Positions 1-10,300 of a stretch of DNA of 64,000 bases are shown piece by piece. The translations under genes were made by a program, and so were the position numbers. The stretch is from positions 1,024,001 to 1,088,000 of the forward strand of contig CAVYRF010000001.1 in the NCBI GenBank assembly GCA_963770895.1, read 5' to 3'. Positions within the stretch are counted from its first letter, which is position 1, and the number at the start of each line of letters is the position of its first letter. The stretch comes from an uncultured Acidobacteriota bacterium. GTDB taxonomy: Bacteria; Acidobacteriota; Thermoanaerobaculia; Multivoradales; UBA5704. The notes below the pieces were generated by a model, which was given only the letters and a program-made list of their open reading frames with translations, did no database searches and was not told the DNA's origin.

Positions 1-3000
1 GTCTTCGACCGAGCGTTTCTTCGCTGTCGCCGGACGCCACGCCATCACTGCGATGAGTCTGCCGACGGCCTTCTGGCACCAGGTCGCCGCCGATCTGGGA
101 ACCACCGGCCAGGAGCTGCCGCCGAACCTGCGCCTGCTCGTCCTCGGAGGCGAGAAGGCCCTGGCCGACCGGTTGCAACGCTGGCAGCGCCACGGCGGTG
201 CCAGGGTGCGGGTGCTCAACACCTATGGCCCCACCGAATGTACGGTCGTCGCCATCGCGTGCGAGGTGACCGCACAGACACCGGAGGAAGTGCCGATCGG
301 GCGCCCCATTGCCGGTACCGTTTGTCGCGTGCTGTCGGCCAGCTTCGAGCCGGTGCCCGCGGGGGTGGTGGGCGAGCTCTATCTCGGCGGCAGCGGTCTG
401 GCTCGCGGCTACGCTGGGCGGCCGACGCTGACCGCCGAGCGCTTCGTGCCCGACGCTTTCGGCAGCACGCCGGGAGAGCGGCTCTTCCGCACTGGCGACC
501 GCGTCCGTTTCCTCCCCGACGGCACCCTCCAGTTCTGTGGCCGCGCGGACCGTCAGGTCAAGATCCGCGGCTTCCGCGTCGAGCCGGCGGAGATCGAGGC
601 GGCGCTGCACGAGCATCCGGCGTTGCAAGATGCGGTGGTGGTGGCGCGGGAGGAGGCACCGGGCGAAGTGCGGCTGGTGGCCTACACGGTGCCTGCCGCT
701 GGCGTGCGCGAGCCGGTTGCGGCCGAGCTGCGCAGCTTTCTCGCGGCTCGCCTGCCCGCGGCCATGGTGCCGTCGGTATTCGTCTTCATGGGCGCGCTGC
801 CGCTGACGCCCAACGGCAAGCTGGACCGGCGGGCGTTGCCGGCGCCGGAGCAGACGGCGCTGGAGACGGAGCCGTACGTGGCGCCGCGCACGCCGCGGGA
901 GGAGATCCTGGCGGGGATCTGGCGGTCGCTGCTGGCGGTGGAACGGATCGGCGTCGACGACGACTTCTTCGCGCTCGGCGGCCATTCGCTCCTCGCGACG
1001 CGGGTGATCTCGCGGTTGCGCGAGACGCTGGGAGTCGAGGTGCCGCTGGCGGCGGTGTTCGAAGCACGCACGGTGGCGGCCTTGGCACTGCGGCTGGAGG
1101 CTCTGGCGGCGGGAGGGGCGGAGAAGCCGCTGCCGCCCTTGCGGAGGTCGTCGCGATGGTCGCAGTCGGCGGCGGCGCCGCTGTCGTACGCGCAAGAGCG
1201 GCTCTGGTTTCTCAACCAGTTGGAGCCTGGATCGCCGGCCTACAACATGGCGGCGACGGTACGTCTGGAAGGCGATCTCGACGTGGCGGCGCTGGCCGGC
1301 GCGCTCGGTGAGCTGGTGCGGCGCCAACAGGCCTTGCGGACGACGTTTCACGCCGGCGCCGAAGGTCCGGTCCAGCACCTTGCAGCGGCCGCGCCGGCGA
1401 GTCTGGGCGTGGTGGACTTGACGGCTCTGCCGGCGGCCCGGCGGGCCGCCGAGTCGGATCGTCTGGCTTCGGCGGAGGCGCTGCGGCCGTTCGACCTCGC
1501 CGCCGGTCCGCTGCTGCGGACGTGCCTGTTGTTGCTGGCGCCTGCAGACCGGCTGTTGGTGGCCAACCTGCATCACATCGTCGCCGACGGTTGGTCGATC
1601 GAAGTGTTGGTGCGCGAGCTGGCGGTGCTCTACGAGGCATTGTGCGCGGGGACCGTGCCGGCGCTGCCGGAGTTGCCGGTGCAGTACGGCGATTTTGCGG
1701 TGTGGCAGCGGCAGTGGTTGCATGGCGAGTGGTTGGAGGAGCGGCTCGGCTACTGGCGGGAGCGGCTGGGCGGTATCCCGCCGGAGTTGGCGCTGCCTTT
1801 CGACTTGCCGGCGGGAGCGGTGGCGGACTTCCGTGGCGCGGTGCGGGGAGTGGCGTTGGCGCCGCCCTTGGCGGCGGCGTTGCGGGGTTTGGGAGAACGT
1901 TGGGGCTGCACCCTCTTCATGGTGCTGGTGGCGGGTTTTCAAGCCTTGCTGCAGCGGTACTGCGGCGAAGACGACGTGGTGGTGGGCACGCCGGTTGCCA
2001 ACCGTACGCGTCGCGAGGTTGAAGATCTGATCGGGTTTTTCGTCAACACGCTGGTGCTGCGGACGAGCCTCGCGGGGGGGCCGGCGACGGGTGCCCTGTT
2101 GCAGCGGGTTCGGGAGTCTGCGCTCGGGGCCTACACGCATCAGGATCTGCCTTTCGAACGTCTGGTCGAAGCGCTCAATCCGGAGCGCGTGGTGGGCCGC
2201 GATCCACTCTTCCAGGTGATGGTGTCGCTCGAACGGCACGTGCCGCAGGAGCGCGAGGCGGGAGCGCTGGTGCTGCGGCCGCAGGCGCTCGAAACGGGCA
2301 TTGCCCGCTGGTCGTTGGCGCTGGAGCTGGTCGAGGATCAGGCCGGCATCGGCGGCCGGCTGCGGTTTCAGGCTGGGCGTTTCCACGCTGCGACGATGGC
2401 GCGGATGGCGGGTCACTTCCACACCCTGCTGGAGTGGATGGTGGCGGCGCCGGAACGGCCGGTGGCGGAGCTGCCGCTGCTTGCCGCCGCGGAGGCGCAG
2501 CAGCTGCTCGTCGAATGGGACGGCGCAGTGGCGGCAGCGTCCGGCTGGGTAAGCGTTGCCGAGCGTTTCGCGGCACAGGTGGAGCAGACGCCCGCGAACG
2601 TCGCGCTGTCGTTCGGCGGCAGCGAGGTGACGTACCGGGATCTCGGTGCGGAGTCGGTGCGTTTGGCGGGTCGGTTGCAGCGCCTCGGCGCGAGTTGCGG
2701 CATGCGGGTCGCGGTGTGTCTGGAGCGTTCGCCGGCGTTGGTGAGCGGTCTGCTGGGCGTTCTGGCGTCGGGAGCCGCTTTCGTGCCGCTCGATCCGACG
2801 CATCCAGCGGAGCGTCTGTCGGCGCTCGTCGAGGATTCGGGGGCGACGGTGCTGGTGACGCGCGAAGCGATCGCCAGGCGTCTGCCGCGGCACGGCGCGG
2901 AGATTGTCTTGGTCGAGGACGACGCGACTCGCCCCGCGGCCGGCCGGAAGGACGACACGGCGGCGGCGCGGCCGGAACCTGGCGATCCGGCGTATCTGAT

Positions 3001-5755
3001 TTACACCTCGGGCACGACGGGGCAGCCGAAGGCGGTTCTGGTGACGCATGGTGGCCTGTCGCATACCCTGGCGTCCAGCCGGCAGGTTTTCGGTTGGACG
3101 GCGGCGGATCGGATGGCGTGTCTGTCGCCAGCCTCGTTCGACATTTTCCTCTTCGAGGTGTTCGGTCCGCTGTTGGTGGGGGGGACGTGCGTGCTGTTTC
3201 CCCACCAACCGAGCCTGGATCCGCGGTCGGTGGCTGCGGCGCTTCCCGAGCTGACGTGTCTGCACGCGGTGCCGGCGGTGATGCGGGAGCTGATCCGCGA
3301 GGTGCGCGGCGGCGACGTCGTCTGTCGCCGGCTGCGGACGGTTTTCGTGGGTGGCGACGCGGTTGCGCCGGAAGTCTTGGACGAAATGCAGGCGGCGTTT
3401 CCCGAAAGCGCGATTCGCATTCTCTACGGTCCGACCGAAGCCTCGATCATCTGCGCCAGCCACGCTGTCGCAGGGCGGAGAGAAAGTCGTCGGCTGCTCG
3501 GCGGCGCCCTGCCAGGAGTGGTGCTGCGGGTCCTTGACCGCGGTGGCGAACCGGCGGCGATCGGCATCGTTGGAGAGTTGTGCATCGGTGGGGCGGGATT
3601 GGCAGACGGCTATGTCGGGCGTCCGGATCTGACCGCGGAGCGTTGGCGTCCCAATGGGTGCGGCGGTAGCGCGGGCGGCGCGCGGCTGTACCGTACGGGC
3701 GACCTGGCTCGGCGGCTGCCGGATGGCACTTTGGAGTTTCTCGGTCGTGTGGACCAGCAGGTGAAGGTTCGCGGCATTCGGGTCGAGCCGGGGGAAGTGG
3801 AAGCGGCGCTACGATCGCATGCCGCGGTGCGGGAAGCCCTCGTGGTGGCCCAAGGCGAGGCCGGCGGCGATCGCCGGTTGGTGGCCTACATCGTGTTGGC
3901 GGGCACCTCCTCATCCTCGCCGTCGCTGGCGATGACCGAGCTGCGCGGCTTTCTCCTCGCTCGGCTCCCCGAGTACCTGGTGCCGTCGGTCTTCGTGGCG
4001 CTCGCCGCGCTGCCACGCACCGCGAGCGGCAAGCTGGACCGGCGGGCGTTGCCGGCGCCGGAGCAGACGGCGCTGGACACGGAGTCGTATGTGGCGCCGC
4101 GCACGCCGCGGGAGGAGATCCTGGCGGGGATCTGGCGGTCGCTGCTGGCGGTGGAACGGATCGGCGTCGACGACGACTTCTTCGCGCTCGGCGGCCATTC
4201 GCTCCTCGCGACGCGGGTGATCTCGCGGTTGCGCGAGATGCTGGGAGTCGAGGTGCCGCTGCAATGGCTCTTCGAGTCGCCGACCCTCGGCCGGCTTGCA
4301 AGCCGCATTGAGGACGCTGAAGGTTGGGGTGCCGGCTTCGTGCGGCCGACGATCGTCCCGGCCCCGCGCAACGCGCTGCCGCCGCTGTCCTTCGCCCAAC
4401 AGCGGCTCTGGTTCCTCGACCGCCTGGCGCCTGGGACCGCCTCGTACGTCATCCCTGCTGCCGTTCGCTTCGAAGGCAGTCTGGACGTGGCGGTGCTCCG
4501 CAAGTGCCTGGACGAGGTCGTGCGGCGGCACGAGGCGCTGCGGACGACCTTTGCCCTGGCCGGTGACTCGGCGGTGCAGGTGATCGCGCCTCCCTGCGAA
4601 CACCTCCTGGCGCGGGTCGACCTGCGCGGATTGGCTCGCGAGCCGGGAGCCCGCGAGCTTGCCCGCTTGCTGTCGGTGGAGGCGCGGCGCCCGTTCGACC
4701 TCGAGCGTGGGCCGGTCTTTCGTACCCTGCTCCTGAGCCAGAGCGCCGTGGACGAGGTGCTCGTGCTGACCCTCCATCACATCGCCGCAGACGGCTGGTC
4801 GATGGGGGTCCTGGTGCGCGAGATCGCGGAGCTCTACCGAGCGCTGTCCGCTGGCCGGGCGCCGCAGCTGCCCGAGTTGCCGGTGCAGTACGCGGATTTC
4901 GCATGCTGGCAGCGCGGCTGGTTGCAGGGAGAGATCCTCGATACGCAGCTCGCCTACTGGCGCCGCCAGCTCGCCGGCCGGCTGCCGGAGCTGGCCCTGC
5001 CGGTCGACCGCCAGCGCCCGTTGCGGCCCTCGTTCCGCGCCGCAACGCGAGCTGTATTGCTCGCCGCCGATCTCGCGGCCGCGCTCGGAGCGCTCGCCAG
5101 GCGTGAGGACGTCACCCTGTTCATGGTTCTGCTCGCGGTGTTCCAGACACTCCTCTACCGCTGCTCCGGCCAGCCCGACGTGATCGTCGGCACGCCCATC
5201 GCCGGCCGCCGGCAACGGGCGATTGAGGATCTGATCGGTTTCTTCGCCAATACCCTGGTGCTGCGTTCGGACCTGAGCGGCAATCCGACCTTCAGCGAAC
5301 TGCTCGGAAGGGTTCGCCGCATGACTCTCGATGCCTTTACTTATCAGGATCTGCCGTTTGAAAAGCTGGTGGAGACCCTGCGGCCGGAGCGCAGCGAGGC
5401 CGGCAGCCCGATCTTTCGCGTGCTGTTCGGGCTGCAGAACGCGGCCATGCCGGCCCTCGAGCTGCCGAACCTGCACGTCGCTGTGGTGGAGCTCGAGACC
5501 GGGACGGCCAAGGCCGACCTTGCCTTCGCGCTGCGCGAGACCGCCGAGGGACTGGGGTGCGAGATGGAATACGACGCCGAGCTGTTCGACGGCGAGACCA
5601 TCGAGAACCTGCTCGATCAATATGCCGCGCTCCTGCGCTCGGTCGTCGCCGGCCCCGAGGTCCGCATCTCGAGCCTCTCGCTGGCAAATCAGGGCACCGC
5701 TGCGGTGGGACCGCTGGCGCCTGCCGCCGTGCCAATGCCGGCGATGCTCAGCTAA
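1..5755 (+). CDS. Nonribosomal peptide synthetase, 5'-truncated by window edge; A(partial)-T-C(LCL)-A-T-C(LCL)
   Basis: Frame is open upstream of the ORF-track Met at 53. Motifs: NTYGPTE, RTGD, GKLDR, two GGHSLL T domains, C domains with HHIVADG and HHIAADG, second A with YTSGTTGQPK. The protein ends on a C domain. Confidence 0.97.
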   Translation, partial: SSTERFFAVAGRHAITAMSLPTAFWHQVAADLGTTGQELPPNLRLLVLGGEKALADRLQRWQRHGGARVRVLNTYGPTECTVVAIACEVTAQTPEEVPIGRPIAGTVCRVLSASFEPVPAGVVGELYLGGSGLARGYAGRPTLTAERFVPDAFGSTPGERLFRTGDRVRFLPDGTLQFCGRADRQVKIRGFRVEPAEIEAALHEHPALQDAVVVAREEAPGEVRLVAYTVPAAGVREPVAAELRSFLAARLPAAMVPSVFVFMGALPLTPNGKLDRRALPAPEQTALETEPYVAPRTPREEILAGIWRSLLAVERIGVDDDFFALGGHSLLATRVISRLRETLGVEVPLAAVFEARTVAALALRLEALAAGGAEKPLPPLRRSSRWSQSAAAPLSYAQERLWFLNQLEPGSPAYNMAATVRLEGDLDVAALAGALGELVRRQQALRTTFHAGAEGPVQHLAAAAPASLGVVDLTALPAARRAAESDRLASAEALRPFDLAAGPLLRTCLLLLAPADRLLVANLHHIVADGWSIEVLVRELAVLYEALCAGTVPALPELPVQYGDFAVWQRQWLHGEWLEERLGYWRERLGGIPPELALPFDLPAGAVADFRGAVRGVALAPPLAAALRGLGERWGCTLFMVLVAGFQALLQRYCGEDDVVVGTPVANRTRREVEDLIGFFVNTLVLRTSLAGGPATGALLQRVRESALGAYTHQDLPFERLVEALNPERVVGRDPLFQVMVSLERHVPQEREAGALVLRPQALETGIARWSLALELVEDQAGIGGRLRFQAGRFHAATMARMAGHFHTLLEWMVAAPERPVAELPLLAAAEAQQLLVEWDGAVAAASGWVSVAERFAAQVEQTPANVALSFGGSEVTYRDLGAESVRLAGRLQRLGASCGMRVAVCLERSPALVSGLLGVLASGAAFVPLDPTHPAERLSALVEDSGATVLVTREAIARRLPRHGAEIVLVEDDATRPAAGRKDDTAAARPEPGDPAYLIYTSGTTGQPKAVLVTHGGLSHTLASSRQVFGWTAADRMACLSPASFDIFLFEVFGPLLVGGTCVLFPHQPSLDPRSVAAALPELTCLHAVPAVMRELIREVRGGDVVCRRLRTVFVGGDAVAPEVLDEMQAAFPESAIRILYGPTEASIICASHAVAGRRESRRLLGGALPGVVLRVLDRGGEPAAIGIVGELCIGGAGLADGYVGRPDLTAERWRPNGCGGSAGGARLYRTGDLARRLPDGTLEFLGRVDQQVKVRGIRVEPGEVEAALRSHAAVREALVVAQGEAGGDRRLVAYIVLAGTSSSSPSLAMTELRGFLLARLPEYLVPSVFVALAALPRTASGKLDRRALPAPEQTALDTESYVAPRTPREEILAGIWRSLLAVERIGVDDDFFALGGHSLLATRVISRLREMLGVEVPLQWLFESPTLGRLASRIEDAEGWGAGFVRPTIVPAPRNALPPLSFAQQRLWFLDRLAPGTASYVIPAAVRFEGSLDVAVLRKCLDEVVRRHEALRTTFALAGDSAVQVIAPPCEHLLARVDLRGLAREPGARELARLLSVEARRPFDLERGPVFRTLLLSQSAVDEVLVLTLHHIAADGWSMGVLVREIAELYRALSAGRAPQLPELPVQYADFACWQRGWLQGEILDTQLAYWRRQLAGRLPELALPVDRQRPLRPSFRAATRAVLLAADLAAALGALARREDVTLFMVLLAVFQTLLYRCSGQPDVIVGTPIAGRRQRAIEDLIGFFANTLVLRSDLSGNPTFSELLGRVRRMTLDAFTYQDLPFEKLVETLRPERSEAGSPIFRVLFGLQNAAMPALELPNLHVAVVELETGTAKADLAFALRETAEGLGCEMEYDAELFDGETIENLLDQYAALLRSVVAGPEVRISSLSLANQGTAAVGPLAPAAVPMPAMLS
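814..1048 (+). repeat. ~235-bp direct repeat, copy 1 (A10 motif + T domain); copy 2 at 4027-4261
   Basis: Sequence from cggcaagctggaccggcggg to gaggtgccgctg recurs at offset 3213 with only a few mismatches. Confidence 0.92.
4027..4261 (+). repeat. ~235-bp direct repeat, copy 2 (T domain)
   Basis: Near-identical to 814-1048. Confidence 0.92.
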
Positions 5756-5808
5756 CGCCGCGATCGATTGGATCAGTCAATTTTGTGATCGATTGAAAAG
5801 GATGTGAG

Positions 5809-7320
5809 ATGGTGAATGTAGAGAGAGAGCCGCGCGGCCTCCTGCCTGACGTCCATTCCGTTCTCGACTTGTTCGACGCACAGGTGACTCGGACACCCGA
5901 TGCGGCGGCGGTCGTGAACGGCGCGGCGAGCTCGACCTACGGCGGGATTGCGGCCGCGGCCAACGCCCTGGCCCGCCGCCTGCGAAACCGGGGCATCGGG
6001 CCTGAGGCGAGGGTCGGGATTTGCGCCCACCGCTCGGTCGAAATGGTGGTGTTTTTGCTGGGGGCCCTCAAAGCGGGAAGCGCTTTCGTTCTCCTCGACC
6101 CCGGCGACTCGGCGGCTCGGCTGCGGCACCGCGCCGCCGATCTCGCCCTGGCCGTCGTCCTCGCGCCTGCGGACGCGGGCGAGCGGCTGCGGGAAGCTGG
6201 TATCGAGGTTCTGGCGCCGGCGGCGGCGGACCTCCTGGACGTCCCGGGCGGGTTCCCGGCGGATCCTTGGCCCGAGGGCGCGGCCTACCTCCTCGACGGC
6301 GCAGGGGCGTCCGCCCTTGTCGAACACCGAGCGCTAGCCCGCTGGCTCGCCTGGCTGCAGGAGGAGCTTTCGGTGCAACCGGGAGAGCGGGTGCTGTTTG
6401 CCTCCAACCCGACTGCCGAAAGCGCTCCCTGGGAGCTGCTATGGCCGCTTTCGCTCGGCGGCTGCCTGGTCCTGGCACCGGGCGAAGGGGTGCCTTGTGG
6501 CGAAGATCTGGCGCGGGCGGCAGCGGAGCACGGGGCGGCTCTGCTACACCTTTCGCCACCGGCCCTGGCGGCCTTCCTACGCGCCCTGCCTGGGGAGGCG
6601 GTGGGCTTGCCGACGCTGCGACAGGTGGTATGCAGCGGCGGTCTGCTGGCCAGCGCGCCGGCCCGCGCTCTGATGGCTCGCCTGGCTTGCGGCGTCCTAT
6701 ACATCTACGCGCCACGGCGGGGCGGCATCGGTGTCGCCGCGCACGCCTGCGCTGGTGAAGAGCCGCGCCCCCAGGTCCCCGCGGGTTTCGCTGCCCTGGG
6801 TTCCGTGCGCGTCCTGGACGACGACCTCCAGCTGGTGCCGGCAGGCATCCTGGGTGAGGTCTGGGCGGGTGGGGACGGCCTGCCGCGCCAGATGGGAGCC
6901 GATCCCGTCCTGACCGCGGATCGCCTGCGTCCCGACCCCTTCGCCGAACTGCCGGGAGCGCGCTCGATGCGCACAGGGGATCGGGGCCGCATGCTGCGCA
7001 ATGGCGAGGTGGAGCTGGTCCGGGGGCTCGAGCCCGGCGCCTGGGTGGAGGGGAGCTGGGTCGACGCCGGGGAAGTGGCAGCCGCGTTGCTCGAGGATGC
7101 GGCGGTGGCGGCGTGTGCAGTGGCCGTGCTGACAGCGGCCGGCGGGGATCTCAAATTGACGGCGTATGTGGTGCCGTTGGAGCCCTGGTCGCCGGAGCGG
7201 CTGCGACAGCAGCTGCCGCAGTCGCTGGTGCGGCCCCGCGGCGCAATGACCTGGGTGCGGCTCTCGGCGCTGCCGCTGACCGCAGAAGGGGACGTGGACG
7301 AACCGGCTCTGGAGGCGCTC
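5809..7320 (+). other. Degenerate (catalytically dead) A0 domain
   Basis: A-domain-like, but the A3 P-loop is replaced (AYLLDGAGASAL) and the A10 Lys is absent (LPLTAEGDVDE). Confidence 0.85.
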
Positions 7321-10300
7321 GCGGGGGTGGCGGCCGAGGAGATGGAGAGCTGGGAGGCGAAGCTGGGCGGGGAGGCGGGTGCGGCCGACGTGGCGCTGCT
7401 GGTGCGGGAGGTCCGCGAGACGAGCCCGCCGCTGCACCTGGCGGAACTCGTGCCCGGCTGGCACCGCGCGATGCCGCTGGTGGTGGAGACGGCGGCGAGG
7501 GTCGAGCGGCTGGCGGAAGAGGCGGGGGAGGCACTCTCGATCAGCGAGGGAACGCCTCTGCCTTCGGAGCCGGGCGCGCCGCTCACCTTGCCGGCGATGT
7601 TGCTGCGGGCGCTGGCATGCGCTCCAGATCGGGGCATGATCTATTTGGAAGAGGGGATTGGCGAGGTGCGGCAGACCTATCCCGCGCTGTTGGAGGAGGC
7701 GCGGCGGATTCTCGGCGGACTGCTGGCGCTAGGCCTGGTCGCAGGCGATCGAGTGATCCTGCAACTCGATCACGCCTGCGACTTCATCCCGGTCCTGTGG
7801 GGGTGCTTTCTCGGCGGCATCGTGCCGGCGGCCATCGGGGTGGCGCCGTCATACGCCGAGCCCAACGCGGCGGTGAGCAAGCTGCTGAGCGCCTGGGAGC
7901 TGCTCGGCCGGCCGCTGATCGTGGCTCGCGAGGAGATTCTGGCGGCAGTGCGGGGGGCTTCCTCGACAATCGGTTCCTGCGTCGAAAGCGTCGAGTCGCT
8001 GCGCCGCGGTGCGCCGGCGCCGGCGCTACATCAGGGGGCGTCCGGGGATCTGGCGCTGCTCCTGCTGACCTCGGGCAGCACAGGTGCGCCGAAGGCGGTC
8101 ATGCAGAGCCATGCGGCGCTTCTGTCGCGTTGGACAGGCACGTTGCGGCACGAGGGCTTCAGCGCCGCCGACATATCGCTAAATTGGATGCCGCTCGACC
8201 ACGTCGGCGGGGTCGTCTTTTCCCATCTGCGCGACGTGTGGCTGGGGTGCGATCAGGTGCATGCGCCGCCCGCGCCGGTGCTGGGCCGCCCGCTGCTCTG
8301 GCTGGACTGGATCGAGCGATACCGGGCGACGATGAGCTGGGCGCCGAACTTCGCCTTCGGCTTGGTGGTGGATCAGGCCGGGGAGCTGGAGCGCCGGCGC
8401 CGGGACCTGTCGTCCATGCGCTACCTGGTCAGCGCCGGCGAGGCGGTGGTGGCGCGGACGGCGCGCCGATTCCTCACCCTGCTGGCGCCCCACGGCCTGC
8501 CGCCGACGGCGCTGCACCCCGGCTGGGGCATGTCGGAGACCTGCTCAGGGGCGACGTTCTCGCACGAGTTCCGTCTTGAAACGACGCATGACGAGGACTC
8601 TTTCGTGGAGTTGGGCGCGCCGCTCGCGGGGGTGTCGCTGCGGATCGTCGATCTTGAGGATCAGCCCCTGCCGGAGGGTCGTATGGGCCAGCTCCAGGTA
8701 AAAGGGGCGTCGGTGACTTCGGGGTACTACGGGCAACCCGAGTTGGCGGTCGAGGCGTTCACTGCCGACGGGTGGTTCAAGACCGGGGATCTGGGGTTTC
8801 TGCGACAGGGGCGTTTGACGATCACCGGCCGGGAAAAGGACGTGATCATCGTCAACGGGGCCAACTACTACAGCCATGAGATCGAGTCGGTGGTGGAGGA
8901 GATCGCGGGCGTCGAAGTGTCGTTTACGGCGGCATGCGGAGTGCGGATCGGCGGCACGGAAGGTTTGGTGGTGTTTTTCCATCCGCGGGAGGAGGGCGGG
9001 TCTCTGGCGGAGCTGCTGCAGGAGATCCGGCGGCAGGTGATTCGTCGGGTGGGTCTGACGCCGGAGTATCTGGTGCCGGTCGAGCCGTCGGAGGTGCCGA
9101 AGACAAACATTGGCAAGATCCAGCGGGCACAGCTCAAACAGCGTTTCGAGTCGGGTGAGTTCGAGGCGTCGCTGCGGCGCGTGGATCTGCTTTTGGGCAA
9201 TGCGCAGACGGTGCCGGACTGGTTTTTCCGCCAGGTATGGCGGCGGGAGCGGGGCTGGGTGGGACCGGTGGCTCCGCCGGCCGGCCGCTACCTGCTGTTC
9301 TCGGACGGCGGCGATCTGGGAGAGCGGCTACGGGAGGCGCTGTCGCGGTCCGGCCGGGAGTGCGTGGTCGTGGAGATCGCAGAGGGCGTGGAGGGAGCGG
9401 TCGCCGGCGAGGCGGGTTCGTCGCCGGCGATGGTGGGTTCGGACCGTTACCGGATCGATCCGTCGCGGCTGGAGCAGTACGGTTGGCTCGTGGAGACGCT
9501 GGTGGGCAGGGGGGCGTGGCCGCGGCGAGTGGTGCATTTGTGGAGCGCCGGGGCGGTGCAGGAGGCGGCGGGAGCAGAGGATCTGGAACTGGCGCAGGAG
9601 CTGGGCTCGTTGAGTGTGCTCGGTCTGGTGCAGGCGCTGGCGGCGGCGCGGGGACAAGGGGTGGAGCGGCCACCGGTGGACCTGCTGGTGGTGGGGACGC
9701 GTTCGCAGGGCGTCGCGGCGGGCGACCTGGTGGCAAGCGAGCGGTCGCCGGTGCTAGGGCTGCTCAAGACGATCCCGTCGGAGTTGCCGTGGATGGCCTG
9801 CCGGCACGTGGACTTGGAGCTCGCTGCAGCCGCGACGCAGGCGGAGGCGGTGTTGCGGGAGCTGTGCGTGGCGCGCGGTGCGGCGGAGGTGGCGTGGCGC
9901 GGCGGCAAGCGTTGGGTGCCGCGGTTGGAAAAAGCGGACGTGCGTCCGCGCCAGGGTGGGGAGCCGGCGCTGCGGCCGGGCGGTCTCTACCTGGTGAGCG
10001 GCGGTCTGGGCGGGTTGGGCCGGGAGATGGCGGCGCATCTGCTGGAGCACCATGGCGCCAAGCTGCTGCTGGTGGGGCGGACGCATCTCGCAGGCGGGGA
10101 GAAGGGACAGGCTCTGGCCGCACTCGAACGGCTCGGATCCGTGGTCTACGAGGCGCTGGACGTGGCGGACGAGGGCGCGGTGAGGCAGGCGGTGGAGCGA
10201 GCCGAAATGCACTTCGGGTGCCGCCTGGACGGAGTGGTGCACCTGGCGGGAGAGGGGGTGCTGCGGCCGTTGATGGAAGAGAGCCGGGAGAGTTTCCTGG

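Noticed and set aside
5762-5795. GATCGATTG direct repeat in the AT-rich gap between the NRPS genes
   Set aside because: Only two 9-bp copies and no recognisable consensus; insufficient support.
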